Part shown: positions 37,520-50,494 of the stretch, in pieces | Layout: each line of letters starts with the position of its first letter | Position numbering within the stretch: the first letter of the stretch is position 1 | Assembly (NCBI GenBank): GCA_026770705.1 | Contig: JANJGN010000121.1 | Coordinates: 1,240,001 to 1,304,000 of the forward strand | Reading direction: 5' to 3' | Length of the DNA: 64,000 nt | Source of the DNA: Isurus oxyrinchus | Lineage: Eukaryota | Position numbers and translations under genes: made by a program | The notes under the pieces: generated by a model | Database searches by the model: none | What the model saw: only the letters and a program-made list of their open reading frames with translations | Told to the model about the DNA's origin: nothing

Positions 37520-39560
37520 GAAACTAGGAGCAGGATTAGGACATTCAGCCCTTCAAGCCTTCTCCGCCATTCAATATGATCAAGGCTGACCCTCTATCTC
37601 AAAGCCTTATTCCCGCTTTCTCTCCGTACCCTTTGATGCCCCTAATATCAAAATATTTATCAGTTTCTTTCTTGAATACACTCAGTGACCCGGCCTCCAC
37701 AGCCTCTGTGATGGAGAATTCCACAGATTGACCACCCTCTGAGTGAAGAAATGTTTCCCTATCTCAGTCCAAAATGGCCTGCCCTGTATCCTGAGATTGT
37801 CGCCCTTGGTTTTAGACTCCCCAACCAGGGGATGCATCCTCCCTCCATCCAGTCTGTCTATCTCTGTTAGAATTTCTTACGTTTATTCAGGTCTCCTCTC
37901 ATTCTTCTAAACTCTAGTGAATACAGACCCAGTCGTACCAATTCTCCTCATACGACAGTCCTGCCGCCCCTGGTATCAGCCTAGAGAACCTTCTCTGCGC
38001 TCTCTCGACGGCAAGTCTATCCTTTTTTAGGGAGGGAGACCAAAACGGCACGTAGTACCCCATGTGCAGTCTCACCAAGACCTTGTATAACTGCAGTAAG
38101 ACATCCCTACTCCTGAACACAAATCCTCTTGCAATGAAGGCCAACATACCATTTGCCTTCCGAATTACTTGCTGCACCTGCCTGTTTACTTTCATTGGCT
38201 AGTGCACAAGGACACCCAGATCCCTTTGTACATCCACATTTCCCATTATATCACCATTTAAATAATACTCTGCCTTTCTGTTTTTCACACCAAAGCCTAC
38301 AATGTCACATTCATCCACATCATCTGCCATGTGTTTGCCCACACGCACAACATGTCTAAATCGCCTTGAAGTCTCTTTGCATCCTCCTCACAGCTCACAC
38401 CCTTACCCAGCGTTGTGTCATCAGAAAACCTGGAAATATTGCACTTGGCTCCCTCACCCAAGTCATTTAAATATATCGTGAATAGTTAGGTCCCAAGCAC
38501 GGATCCCTGTGGTACACCACTAGTCACTGCCTGCCACTCAGATAAAGACTAATTTATTCTGACCCTCTGTTTCCTGTCTGTTGACCAATTCTCAATCCAT
38601 GCCAGTAAATTACCCCCAATCCCATGGGCTTTAATGTTGCCCACTAGCCTCTTATATGGGACCTTATCAAAAGCCTTCTTGAAATCTAAAAACACCACAT
38701 CCACTGGTTATCCCTTATCTATTCCACAAGTTACATCCTCAAAATCTCCAGTAGATTAGTTAAGCATGGTTTTCCTTTCATTAACCCATGCTGACTTTGT
38801 CTAATCCCATTAATGCTTTCCAAGCGTTCCGTTAGCACACCTTATATAATAGGCTCTAGCGTTTTCCCCATGTTAGACTAACTGGTCTGTAATTCTCTGA
38901 TTTTTCTCTCCCTTCTATTTTAAATAGTGGAGTTACAATTGCCACCCTCCAATCTATAGGAACTGCTCCAGAGCCTATAGAATTTTGGAGGATGACCACC
39001 AGTGCTTCCAATATTTCCAGGGTCACTTCCGTTAGTCTCTGGGATGTAGATTTTCAGGCCCTGGGGACTGTTCAACCTTTAACCCATTAATTTCTCCAGC
39101 TCCATTTTTTAAAACTAATCCTGATTATCTTCAATTCCTCCCTCTCACTAGACACTTGGTTCCCTAACATTCCTGGGAAATTATTTGTGTCCTCTTTTGT
39201 GAAGACAGAACCAAAATATATGTTCAGTTCTTCTGCCATTTCTTTGTTTCTCATTAGAATTTCCCCCATTTCTGACTGCAAGGAACCTACATCGGTCACT
39301 GCTAATCTTTCTCTCTTCACATATTTATAGAAGCTTTTACAGTCGGTTTTTACGTTCCCTGCAAGTTTACTCCCATGTTCCATTTTCCCCTTCTTGATCA
39401 ATCTTTTTGTCCACTTTTGCTGAATTCTAAACTGCTCCCAATCCTCAGCATTGCTGCTTCCCCTGGCAATTTTATGTCTCCTCTCTGGATCTAATACTAT
39501 CCCTAATTTCTTTTGTAAGCCCTGGTTGAGCACCATTTCCTGACTTATTTTTACGCCAGA
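37520..39560 (-). mobile_element. Degenerate CR1-like LINE
   Basis: KSFYKYVKR...AEELN.YF.SVFTKED; KANGMLAFIARG. Confidence 0.88.
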
Positions 39561-39699
39561 CAGAAATGGATAATTGTTGTAGCAAATGCTTCAGCCTTAT
39601 CTTTTGCCCTGATGTGCTGGGCTCCCCGTTCATTGAGGATGGGGATATTTGTGGATTCCCCTCCTCCAGTGAGCTAATTGTCCGTTACCATTGGATACG

Positions 39700-40780
39700 A
39701 GCATTAGTGGACTGTGTTAGACCATTATCGAAAATGAAAGCCGGACTCCAGTATGGCCTCACTATGATGGATATGACAACTCGATTTCCAGAGACCATCC
39801 CTTTAGGAACAATTACAGCTAAAGTAGTAATAGGGAAGTTAACCCAATTTTTTACCCATTATGGATTACCGCTGGAGATCCAGTCAGATCAAGGTTCCAT
39901 CTCTATGTCTTAAAATTTTCCGAACATAATGAGTAATTTGGGTATAAAACAGTTAAAGTCCACAGCATATCATCCATAGACACGGGGATCTTTAGAGAGG
40001 GACCAACAAACCCTCAAAACAATGATTGAAGCTATTGTCATGAACTCCCCATGACTGGGACAAAGGACTGGATTTTCTTGCATTTCCCACACGAGATTCA
40101 CCAACTGAATCGGCAGGTTTTAGTCTTTTTGGAATAACTTATGGACACGAGATAAGAGGCTGTCTGAAATTCATCAAAGAAAGATATTCCGGACAGAGGG
40201 ATGAATCCTCTATTTCAGATGATGTGTCCATGTTTCAGGAACGGCTCATAGGAGCCTCCAAAGTGGCACAAGAACATCTTATAGTTTCTCAAACAGAGAT
40301 GAAGGAATGGGGTAGACAGGCAAGCTGTGACCCGAACATCTCAACCAGGGGGATGACGTGTTAGTATCATTGCCTTGGCAGGGGGAGCCTCTGAAAGCGC
40401 GGTTCAGTGGTCCCCACAAGGTAATTAGGAGGGTTGGTCAAGTAAATTATTTGATACACACCCCAGATTGTAGAATAAAGAATCGGCTGTGACACATCAA
40501 TATGTTAAAACGATACCATCGTAGGGAGGGAGGTAAAAAGGAGCAGGTATTTCATTTCCAACCAGATTCTGCATACATTACAGAAAGGTTAATGCAGCAA
40601 TAAAACCAGATTCCTACCCAATCCCCCGTTTAGAAGATGGTATTGACGGGGTTGGCAGTGCCATGTTCCTTACTGAGATAAATTTGTTGGCAGTGGGGGG
40701 TGTTCGTGACCATCAGTGTGGAAGGGTTAGGTTTACAGGTTACACAGACCACACACGCACCAACAGACACACACACACAT
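39700..40780 (+). mobile_element. Gypsy integrase fragment, PPT and start of the 3' LTR
   Basis: DCV.PL...MDMTTRFPE.IPL...FTHYGLPLEIQSDQGS; gtgggggg|tgttcg at 40701. Confidence 0.85.
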
Positions 40781-41667
40781 GNNNNNNNNNNNNNNNNNNN
40801 NNNNNNNNNNNNNNNNNNNNNNNNNNNNNNNNNNNNNNNNNNNNNNNNNNNNNNNNNNNNNNNNNNNNNNNNNNNNNNNNNNNNNNNNNNNNNNNNNNNN
40901 NNNNNNNNNNNNNNNNNNNNNNNNNNNNNNNNNNNNNNNNNNNNNNNNNNNNNCACATGCACACGCGCACACAGACAACACACANNNNNNNNNNNNNNNN
41001 NNNNNNNNNNNNNNNNNNNNNNNNNNNNNNNNNNNNNNNNNNNNNNNNNNNNNNNNNNNNNNNNNNNNNNNNNNNNNNNNNNNNNNNNNNNNNNNNNNNN
41101 NNNNNNNNNNNNNNNNNNNNNNNNNNNNNNNNNNNNNNNNNNNNNNNNNNNNNNNNNNNNNNNNNNNNNNNNNNNNNNNNNNNNNNNNNNNNNNNNNNNN
41201 NNNNNNNNNNNNNNNNNNNNNNNNNNNNNNNNNNNNNNNNNNNNNNNNNNNNNNNNTCAGTGCTGCACTGGAGTCTCGGTGTCAGCTCCGATTCTGTGCT
41301 GAAGGAAGGTAAACTCCAGATCAACAAGACCCTGAATTGGATGAGCAAAATCCTTAACAGAGAATTGTAGATTTACCCCTCAGTGCTCCATCGATTAAAT
41401 ATAATTCATTGCCTGTCAAGCCCTTGGGGACATCCTGAGGATGTGAAAGGGAGTTTCTTTAAATCCGGATGGGCAGGGTCTCTGGTGGGAGAATGCTCCT
41501 GCAGTGTGACAGTTTACATAGGCAGTGCCCATTGTAAATGTGACATAGGAACTTATCTTGAGGGAAGGTGCCTAGAAATGCACACAGGCATCAGATACAG
41601 AGACATGATGCATGGAGTCTTGCTGTGCACAGTGCTTGCTCACATTAAATACTTGATTTGTTCTTAG

Positions 41668-41949
41668 ATGCTCCACAGAATCTCTCATTTACTTCTCTTG
41701 ATATGATTAACGCTTCATCGGTCAATATAATTGAGGGGAATTCTGCAGTGATAATCTGCTCTGTCGAGAGCTTCCCAGCTTCTAACCTGACGTGGCGACA
41801 TCTTAATGTCCCAATGAACAGAACAAGTTCCAACAATGAGCTGTGGTTGGTGATTCCTCACGTTACATCCAGGGACACTGGAGACTATCTGTGTGTGGCA
41901 GAGAATGAACATGGAGCAGTGGAGGGGTTCATAACCATCACTGTGGAAC
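41668..41949 (+). CDS. Gene C repeated C2 exon (282 nt)
   Basis: cttag| ... |gtga; near-identical to 10474-10755. Confidence 0.9.
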
Positions 41950-42873
41950 GTGANNNNNNNNNNNNNNNNNNNNNNNNNNNNNNNNNNNNNNNNNNNNNNN
42001 NNNNNNNNNNNNNNNNNNNNNNNNNNNNNNNNNNNNNNNNNNNNNNNNNNNNNNNNNNNNNNNNNNNNNNNNNNNNNNNNNNNNNNNNNCCTGTCTCAGT
42101 GCTGCACTCGAGTCTCGGTAGCAGCTCTGATTCTGTGTCGAAGGAAGGTAAACTCCAGATCATCAAGACACTGAATTGGATGGAGCAACCTCCTGAACAG
42201 TGAATTGTAGGTTTATCACCCAATACCCCATTATTCCAAAGCAATTCCTCCATGGTGAAATCTCCGTGAACATCCTGATCATGTGAAAGACACTTTCTTT
42301 TCTTCTAGCCTGACAGTGTCTCCTCTGGTGGAAGGCTGTAATTACAGCGTGACAGTTTACATATCCACATGCAGCAAGAGCTGAACAACACTCAGCTTGG
42401 GCTGAGAAATGACAAGTAATGTTCACACCACACAAGTACCAGGCAGTGATCATCTCCAACAAGAGAGAATCTAACCATCTCACCTTGATATTCAATCACT
42501 TTCCCATCGCTGAATCCCCCACGATCCACATCCTGGGGGATGTTAACCAAACAACTAACTGGACCGGCCATAAATACTGAGGCTACAGGAGCCGGTCAGA
42601 GGCTGGGAATTCTGTGGGGGTGAATAACTCACCACCACCTCCTCAAGGGCAATTAGGGATGGGTAATAAATGCTGGTCTAGATAGATACAGCCACTTCCC
42701 ATGAATATGCAAAAAGGAACACACTGGCAGTGTCTGTTACAAATGGTGACATAGAAACTTATAATGGAGAAAGAAGCCTTGACATGCACATAGACACCAG
42801 ATGGAGAGAGATGATACCTGGAGTCTTGCTGTGCACTGTGTTTGCTCACAATGAAACCTTTATTTGTATTTAG

Positions 42874-43155
42874 ATGCACCACGGAACCCATCAATTACTT
42901 CTCTTGATATGATTAACGCTTCATCGATCAACATAATTGAGCGGAATTCTGCAGTGATAATCTGCTCTGTCGAGAGCTTCCCAGCTTCTAACCTGACGTG
43001 GCGACATCTTAATGTCCCAATGAACAGAACAAGTTCCAACAATGAGCTGTGGTTGGTGATTCCTCACGTTACATCCAGGGACACTGGAGACTATCAGTGT
43101 GTGGCAGAGAATGAACATGGAGCAGTGGAGGGGTTCATAACCATCACTGTGGAAT
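42874..43155 (+). CDS. Gene C repeated C2 exon (282 nt)
   Basis: tttag| ... |gtgagt. Confidence 0.9.
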
Positions 43156-43174
43156 GTGAGTGTGGAGATACATT

Positions 43175-43483
43175 TGTTTGTTTGTTGTCTCCGTGGTCTC
43201 CGTGGAGCCATTGGGATCGTGTTGTTTTTAATCCAGTTTTCTTCAATCCTCGCTCAGTCCACGTTATCCACACACCCAATTTTTCCTCTCCCTTTCTGTT
43301 TTTGGTCTCAGTTTCTCCTTCAATGGTTGTCAGGACAAGGCTGTCAGGTCTTCGTTTCCAATCTCCGTACTTGATGAACTTTCTCTCTCTAACTGTCCTG
43401 AACAACCCTTTTAATTGCTGAACGTCTCCTCTTGATCTAAGCCACTCATTGGTCTTTCTGTCCATCCAGCTGATTCTGAGCAT
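43175..43483 (-). mobile_element. RTE-clade LINE 3' fragment
   Basis: MLRISWMDRKTNEW...IEG motif. Confidence 0.65.
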
Positions 43484-45090
43484 CTGGCAGCATCTGTGGA
43501 GAGAAAGACAGGGTTAGCGTTTGGAGTCCGTAAGACTCCTCTTCAGAGCTAAAGGGAAGTAGACATGTGGTGAAATATATCCTGTCTAAGGGGGGGCGAT
43601 GGGACAGGTGGAGCTGGATAGAAAACCAGCGATAGGTGGAGGCAATGGAGAGATTGTGGAAGATGTCATAAACAAAAGGTCAAAGGGTTGTTAACAGTGG
43701 TGGTATTGGATAAAGGAGGTGCTAATGGTGACATTAAGCAGAGTGTGATAATGGGCGGACCAGGGTAAGCACTCTGGAAAGAGACAGATGGGCCTCGTGG
43801 GGGTGTGGCAGGGGGAGGGGACGGTGGAGGGAATAAAGATCGAAAATAGACTAAAATCTGCGGATAAAACAATCAATAAAAATGGAAATGAATTTCAAAT
43901 AATAATAACAAAAATAAGTGGAAAACAGTTAACAAAAAATACAATTAAAATGAATACATAAAAAAGGGTTCAAAAAGCAGTGAAGATCGAGGAGAGAGTT
44001 CATGATCTGAAATTGTTGAACTCAATATTCAGTCGGGAAGGCTGTAAAGTGCCAGGTCGGAAGATGAGGTGCTGTTCCTCCAGTTTGTGTTGGGCTTCAC
44101 TGGAACAATGCAGCAGGCCAAGGACGGACATGTGGGCATGAGAGCAGGGTGGGGTGTTAAAATGGCAAGCGACAGGGAGGTCTGGGTCATGCTTGTGGAC
44201 AGACCGAAGGTGTTCATCAGAGCGATCACCCAGTCTGTGTTTGGTGTCTCCAATGTAGAGGAAACCGCATTGGGAGCAGCGAATGCAGTAGAACAAATTG
44301 AGGGAAGTGCAAGTGAAATGCTGTTTCACCTGGAAGGAGTGTTTGGGCCCTTGGACGGTGAGAAGGGGGGAAGTAAAGGGGCAGGTGTTGCACCTTCTGT
44401 AATTGCATGGGAAGATGCCATGGGTGGAGGTTGAGGTGTTGAGGGTGATGGAGGAATGGACCATGGTGTCCTGGAGTGAACGATCCCTATGGATTGCCAA
44501 CAGTGGGTGGTGAAGGGAAGATGTGTTTGGTGGTGGCATCATGCTGGAGTTGGCGGAAATGGCAGAGGATGATCCTTTGAATGCGGAGGCTGGTGGGGTG
44601 ATAAGTGAGGACAAGGGGGACCTCATCATGGTTCAGTGAGGGAGAGGAAGGTGTGAGGGCGGATGCGTGGGAGATGGGCCAGACATGGTTGAGGACCCTG
44701 TCACCCACCGTGGGTGTGAAACCTCGGTTAATGAAGATGCAGGACATGTCAGAAGGGCTGTTTTGGAAAGTGGCATCATCGGATCTGATACGACAGAGGC
44801 GAAGGAACTGAGAGAATGGGATGGAGTCCTTACAGGAAGCGGGGTGTGAGGAGCTGAATTCGAGGTCTGTGTGGGGGTCAGTGGGCTTGTAATGGATATT
44901 GGTGGACAGTCTATCACCAGAAGTTGAGACAGGGAGATCAAGGAAGGGAAGGGAAGTGTCAGAGATGGACCCTGTGAGAATGATGGAGGGGGAAAATTGG
45001 AAGCAAAATAGATAAATCTTCCCAGGTCCAGACTGAGCATGAAGCAGCATCGAAACAGTCATCAATGTCCCAGAGAAAGAATGTGGGAGG
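43484..45090 (-). mobile_element. Penelope-like element (RT C-terminus plus GIY-YIG)
   Basis: LPFLDL...YKPTD...SIPFSQFLRL; CxxC...YCIRCSQC..LYIGDTK.RL..R..EH. Confidence 0.9.
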
Positions 45091-45271
45091 GGATCTGAAC
45101 TCCGCACTAGTGACTGGACTGGAGGGTTTCTCAGCTGAAGCCACGGCCGCCAATGGTGGAGAGATGGGAATGGGAGAATGTCCAAGAGGTCGGAATTGGA
45201 GGAGCGCAGAGATTTCGGAGAGCTGTGGGGTGTGGGGATTACCTGCTGATTGTTCTCTGTCTTTGTTCCAG

Positions 45272-45547
45272 ATCCCCCACAGGAGACGATGGTGTCCATC
45301 AGCAGATCCTCAGGTGGGATAAGAGAGGGAAGCAATGTCACATTAACCTGCTCCAGTGAAAGTGTCCCACCGATATCTCATTACACCTGGTTCAGGATCG
45401 AGGGGAACACCAGCACCCAGTTAAACACAAGTAGCCGCACTCTCTCCTTCACTCCTGTAACACGGGAGAATGATGCAGGTTTCTACTGCACAGCGAGGAA
45501 CCCAGTGGGTAACAGCACCTCCAACATCACCCACCTGAACGTACAAT
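45272..45547 (+). CDS. Gene C CD22-like C2 exon
   Basis: ccag|(Y)PPQET...IREGSNVTLTCSSESVPPISHYTWF...DAGFYCTARNPVG|gtaagc. Confidence 0.9.
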
Positions 45548-45679
45548 GTAAGCATTTTACTCCCCCTGTCTCTGCTTAAAACTCAAACACTTTCTGTCTG
45601 AGGGCAGCTTCCTTGCTGTGGTTTAGCATAACTAGCATCACCTCCCTGCTTTTTTCACCCTGCGCCTCTCCGAGATACA

Positions 45680-46240
45680 TAAGGAGATGTTAGAACAGGG
45701 ACTGAAAGCTCAGAGAAAGAGGCCGGATTTTAAGGAGTGTCTGAAATGAGGAGAGAGATAGAAATGGAGAGGTTTACGGAGGGAATTCCAGAGCTCGGGG
45801 TCCAGGCAGCTGAAGGCACGGCCGCCAATGGTGGAGCGATAGGAATCGGGGGATGGTCAAGAGGCTGGATTTGGAGAAGCACAGAGATCTCGGAGGGATG
45901 TAGATGCTGGAGGAGGTTACAGAGATAGGGAGGGTTGTAGGGGCTGGAGGAGGTTACAGAGATAGGGAGGGTTGGAGGGGCTGGAGGCGGTATCAGAGAT
46001 AGGGAGGGAGTAAGGAGGGATTTGAAACGATGTTAATTTTAAAATTGTGGCATTGTCGGACCGGGAGCCAGTGTAGCTCAGTGAACAACAGGGAGTGATG
46101 TGTGAACGGGACTCGGTGTGAGTTAGGACATGGGGACAGCAGAGTTTGGGATGAGCTGATGTTTACGGAGAGTGGAAGATGGGAGGTCGGGCAGGAGAGT
46201 GTTGGGATAGTCGAGTGCGGAGGTAACAAAGGCAGGAATG
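45680..46240 (-). mobile_element. L2-like 3' fragment
   Basis: ELHWLPVRQ...FKI plus the 34-bp unit. Confidence 0.7.
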
Positions 46241-46318
46241 AGTGTTTCAGTGTTAAGATTCTATCTTACGCTCTAACTTTGCTATGACGTTGACTCATTG
46301 TTGTTCTTCCCTCCTCAG

Positions 46319-46612
46319 ATAAGCTGGAGATTTCCCAGCAGTCGGAGTGCACTCAGAGGTCAGAGGGGGTCACCTGTGTCTGTGTGGCCACCTCCAACCC
46401 AGCCGGAGACCTCACCTGGCACCTGCCCAGTGCCAACATCAGTGGTAACCAAACACACGGAAGTTTTGTGTCGTGGCAGGTCAGAGATGGGCATCTGGTG
46501 ACTGGTTCCCTCACCCTGATGAGACCCCAGGATGAGGGGGGAGTGATGGCATCCTGCTCGGTTCAAAACCCACACGGGGAAGCCATGTTCAAGGTTTATC
46601 TGTGGGTCAAAG
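46319..46612 (+). CDS. Gene C membrane-proximal Ig exon (MAG domain-5-like)
   Basis: SEC...VTCVCVATSNP...LTW...SLTL...CSVQNPHG; CxC motif as in MAG d5 (QCLCVVKSNP); |gtgaga. Confidence 0.88.
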
Positions 46613-46964
46613 GTGAGAGACTCACTCAGGATTGATCTCCACTCAGCTGGATTGATCCCTAAACTCGAGAATTCCCTCCCTCAACCTCTCCACCTCTCTC
46701 TCTACCTCCTCTAAGATGCTCTTTACAACTGACCCATTTGACCAAGCTTTGAATCTCCTGACCTCATGTGACAATGGCAACACTTGGTCAAATTGGAGCC
46801 AGGCCGTTCAGGGGGTGATGTCAGGAAGCACTTCTTCACACAAAGGGGAGTGGAAATCTGGAACCCTCTCCCCCAGATAAGCTGCTTCATTGGGTGCAAG
46901 ACAGAAAGCTTTGACAAAATGTCCTTTCTCAGCAATACTCAGGTTCTCCTCCCAAACGACTAAA

Positions 46965-47220
46965 TATTATATATAAACATTACATAGATTACATCGAGAA
47001 ACATTATATATAAATATTACATAGATTACATCGAGAAACATTATATATAAATATTACATAGATTACATCGATAAATATTATATATAAATGTTACATAGAT
47101 TGAAAGGATAAAAATTATATATAAATGTTACATATATTACATTGCTAAATATTATATATTAATGTTATAGGGATCACATTGATAAATATTATATATAAAT
47201 GTTGGATTGATTACATCGAA
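46965..47220. repeat. AT-rich ~37-bp minisatellite
   Basis: attatatataaatattacatagattacatcgag repeated. Confidence 0.8.
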
Positions 47221-47753
47221 ATGCAAGACTTGCGTTGATAAAATGCTTAGAAATTCCCAAAATGCTCGATAACCAATGAAGCAGTTTCGAAGTGAGCTCA
47301 CTGTTGTCATGTAGGAAACGCTACAGTTGATTTGTACACAGCAAGATCCCACAAACAACAGCGTGAAATTGAGGTGATAATTGATTATTTTAGTGATGTG
47401 ATTTGATACATATATATATAGAAATTACATATATAATGTGGGTCACTAATGACCCTTAAGGGAGGGAAACCTGTCCATTTTAACAGGTCTGGGTGTATAT
47501 GTGACTCCAGTCTCAAACACCAACATGGTTAACTCTTACCTGCCCTCTGAACTGCTCTCCCAGTTTGGGACAAACCAGTGGTTCAGGAGGAAGACCCCCC
47601 ACCACCTTCTCAAGGGGAAACTAGGGATGGACAATAAATGTCAGCATTGCCCGAGAATGAGTATTTAAACACTGAGTGAGTGTATCGCTTCTCGAGATAC
47701 ATCGGAGCATCATTGTAAACCTGTAGTGCAGTAATTAATGGCTGTTTTTACAG

Positions 47754-47850
47754 GTAGAGACTCCAGTAAATGGACAGTAGGATTGTTCACGGCTGGGATC
47801 ATGTTGAGTGTTTTCCTGGCTGGAATCTTCATCTTCATCTGTGTGAGAAA
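47754..47850 (+). CDS. Gene C transmembrane exon (GRDSSKWTVGLFTAGIMLSVFLAGIFIFICVRK)
   Basis: tacag| ... |gtaagt; uncharged TM. Confidence 0.88.
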
Positions 47851-47994
47851 GTAAGTCTGAAGATTTAACTTGATTTTAATATAAACATTTGTTGAGGACT
47901 AATTGGACAGTTTTTACAAAGGGCCAGCACAGGCACGATGGGCTGAGTGGCTTCCTCCTGAGCTGTGAGATTTTAAATTCTTTAATCGAATGTC

Positions 47995-48435
47995 ACTGGT
48001 GAGGCCGTTATTAAATTGCCCATCCCTAATTGCCCCTTGAGAAGGTGTTGGTGAGCTGCCTTCTTGACCCGCTGCAGTCCATGTGGTGTAGGTACACCCA
48101 CAGTGCTGTTAGAGAGGGAGTTCCAGGAGTTTGACCCAGCGACAGTGAAGGAACGGTGATATATTTCCAAGTCAGGATGGTGAGTGACTTGGAGGGGAAC
48201 TTCCAGGTGGTGGTGTTCCCATGTGTCTGCTGCCCTTGTCCTTCTAGATGGTAGAGGTCGTGGGTTTGGAAGGTGCTGTTGAAGGAGCCTTGCTGAGTTG
48301 CTGCAGTGCATCTTGTAGATGGTACACACACTGCTGCCACTGTGTGTTCATGGTGGAGGGAGTGAATGTTTAATGTGGTGGATGGGGTGTCGATCAATCG
48401 GGCTGCTTTGTCCTGGATGGTGTCAAGCTTCTTGA
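47995..48435 (-). mobile_element. LINE 3' fragment
   Basis: KKLDTIQDKAARLI...HSLHH. Confidence 0.8.
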
Positions 48436-48567
48436 TTCTGTGCTTTGTGCAGAAGTGATTTAAAGAGACAGTCCCAGTCATTGGTGTAAGTTACAGTGGG
48501 CTCTGTGTCTGTGCTGCACTGACTCTCTGCTATATGATAACCACAGTGTGATATTGTGTTATTTCAG

Positions 48568-48649
48568 GAGAAAGACAGCGATGGAGGAGAGAGTTTCAGG
48601 GACCAGCGACATTGCATTGACCCCCAGTCCACTCTCTGTGAAGCACCAG
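48568..48649 (+). CDS. Gene C cytoplasmic exon 1
   Basis: ttcag|G RKTAMEERVSGTSDIALTPSPLSVKHQ|gtacag; phase 2-0. Confidence 0.8.
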
Positions 48650-49844
48650 GTACAGGAGCTGTTTACACTCACTCCAAAGCTTCACTCTCAGTGTGTAGAC
48701 AACACATATCCCAGATTCCCAGCCCAGTTACCCACTGATTTGTACCTGTGGAGTCAGCAATGGTTCAGTATCATGCTGTCTCTCTGTTATGACACAGCAA
48801 CTGGTAAAGGCTGTTGTTTAAAATCCCAGAGGGAAACTTTAAACAACTGTCATAACCTATATTTCCCAGTGGAATGTTTGAGATGCAGCTCTAAATTCAG
48901 GAATAAGAGCACCAGTTCTCGACATGGGTCTTATATCAAACTACATGAGACATTTATTAATTTACACAAGTTAAACATATGCACATGGCTACAAGCTAGC
49001 ATTATCATAACTTTTTAACAAATTCCGAAACTAATCTCCTCAAAGATAACCCATAGAATTTAAGCAGATTCCAGGCAAAGCATTTTCACCTCACAAATTC
49101 CAAATGAGGTTCCTTTCACTTTGGTTCCTTTGCAGACAAGTGTAGGCTTACAGCTGCTTTGCTGTTACAAGCGTCTGCTCTGCACACACAAAACTGCTCA
49201 AGTTATACCCAGCTCTTGAGTGTAAAGAAGACGGAGAATGATACGCTCTTGATTGGTCAGGGGATCAATGGTTAGGAGAGAAGGTGGGAGACTGGGGTTT
49301 GTGAAACATATCAGCCATGTATGAATGGTGGAGCAGACTCGATGGACCGAATGGTCTAATTTCTCCTCCTATGTCTGATGGTCTTATGGCTTCTGTTTGA
49401 AGGTAAATTCGCAATGTATCATCAGGACCTTTGAACTCCATCTCTTCCAATAATAAATCCCCTTTCATCGTATCAATTTTATTAGTAATATAAACGTTGA
49501 TTGGTTTAAGATTTCACTCTCAGACTTTGAATGTTTTATTTAAAAATGCAAATTACCACTTTACCTCTTTGTTTACATCTCAAAACTACTATACATCAAA
49601 ACACACAGACTGGCTGTCTTTAATCCAATTTAAATACACACAGACACACACACAGACTAAACCTCTGTTTAAAAAGACAGTTTGCAATTACATTACATAC
49701 ATTAATAGATTCATAACACTCTGTCTCTATCCCTCCTCTATCCCTCTCTCTCATCCTCTCTCTGATTACAAGGTTCATGTTATTGAGCCTCACACCAGGC
49801 ACCTGTGTGCAGAATCCAAGCCGTCACTCACCAGAGCCATTACC

Positions 49845-50125
49845 GAGGGAGTGCGGGACTGACAGCGGGTCAGTACTGAGGGAGTGCTGCACTGTTGGAG
49901 GGTCAGTACTGAGGGAGTGCTGCACTGACAGAGGGTCAGTACTGAGGGAGCGCTGTATTGTCGGAGGGTCAGCACTGAGGGAGTGCTGCACTGTTGGAGG
50001 GTCAGTACTGAGGGAGTGCTGCACTGTCAGAGGGTCAGTACTGAGGGAGCGCTGTATTGTCGGAGGGTCAGCACTGAGGGAGTGCTGCACTGTTGGAGGG
50101 TCAGTACTGAGGGAGTGCTGCACTG
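49845..50125 (-). repeat. 30-bp satellite
   Basis: Tandem units. Confidence 0.9.
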
Positions 50126-50245
50126 CCATAGGTGGTGCCTTTTATCCGATAGGAGAGAGATAATTAAACGAGTCTGCACAATAATTTAACCCTATCAGTA
50201 CCAGTAATTGATGTGAGGATGTCTTCTGTTTCCATTTCTCTGTAG

Positions 50246-50494
50246 GGTAAACAGAACGTGCTGATTACTGAGCCCCGGGAAACAACCAGAGACACAACTA
50301 GCGAGGGGGAGACCCCAGCTCCCCGGGGTCTCTCTGAAGGTCCAGTAGGAGGCGATGTTGGACATGGGAACCCCGACAATACCGCCGACCTTCTCTACGC
50401 CAACATCAACTTTTCAAAGCTGCCCGGCGGTGACAGGACTGTGCACAGGAGCGAGGACACGGAATATGCACAGATCAGGTTCCAGAAAAACTGA
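50246..50494 (+). CDS. Gene C terminal exon with ITIM (LLYANI) and ITSM (TEYAQI)
   Basis: tgtag| phase 0, open to TGA at 50492-50494. Confidence 0.9.
   Translation, partial: GKQNVLITEPRETTRDTTSEGETPAPRGLSEGPVGGDVGHGNPDNTADLLYANINFSKLPGGDRTVHRSEDTEYAQIRFQKN

Larger units (their letters stand above)
26772..50494 (+). other. Gene C: inhibitory Siglec/MAG-like receptor (SP-V-V-C2-C2r-C2r-C2-C2(MAG d5-like)-TM-ITIM-ITSM)
   Basis: Eleven coding exons, all GT-AG, phases compatible, no internal stops. Confidence 0.85.

Noticed and set aside
40630-41370. ORFs spanning N runs (also 57466-58582)
   Set aside because: Artefacts of undetermined bases.
26772-50494. Assigning the gene symbol MAG, CD22 or SIGLEC1
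   Set aside because: Domain number, double V and tail match none exactly; orthology needs phylogeny.
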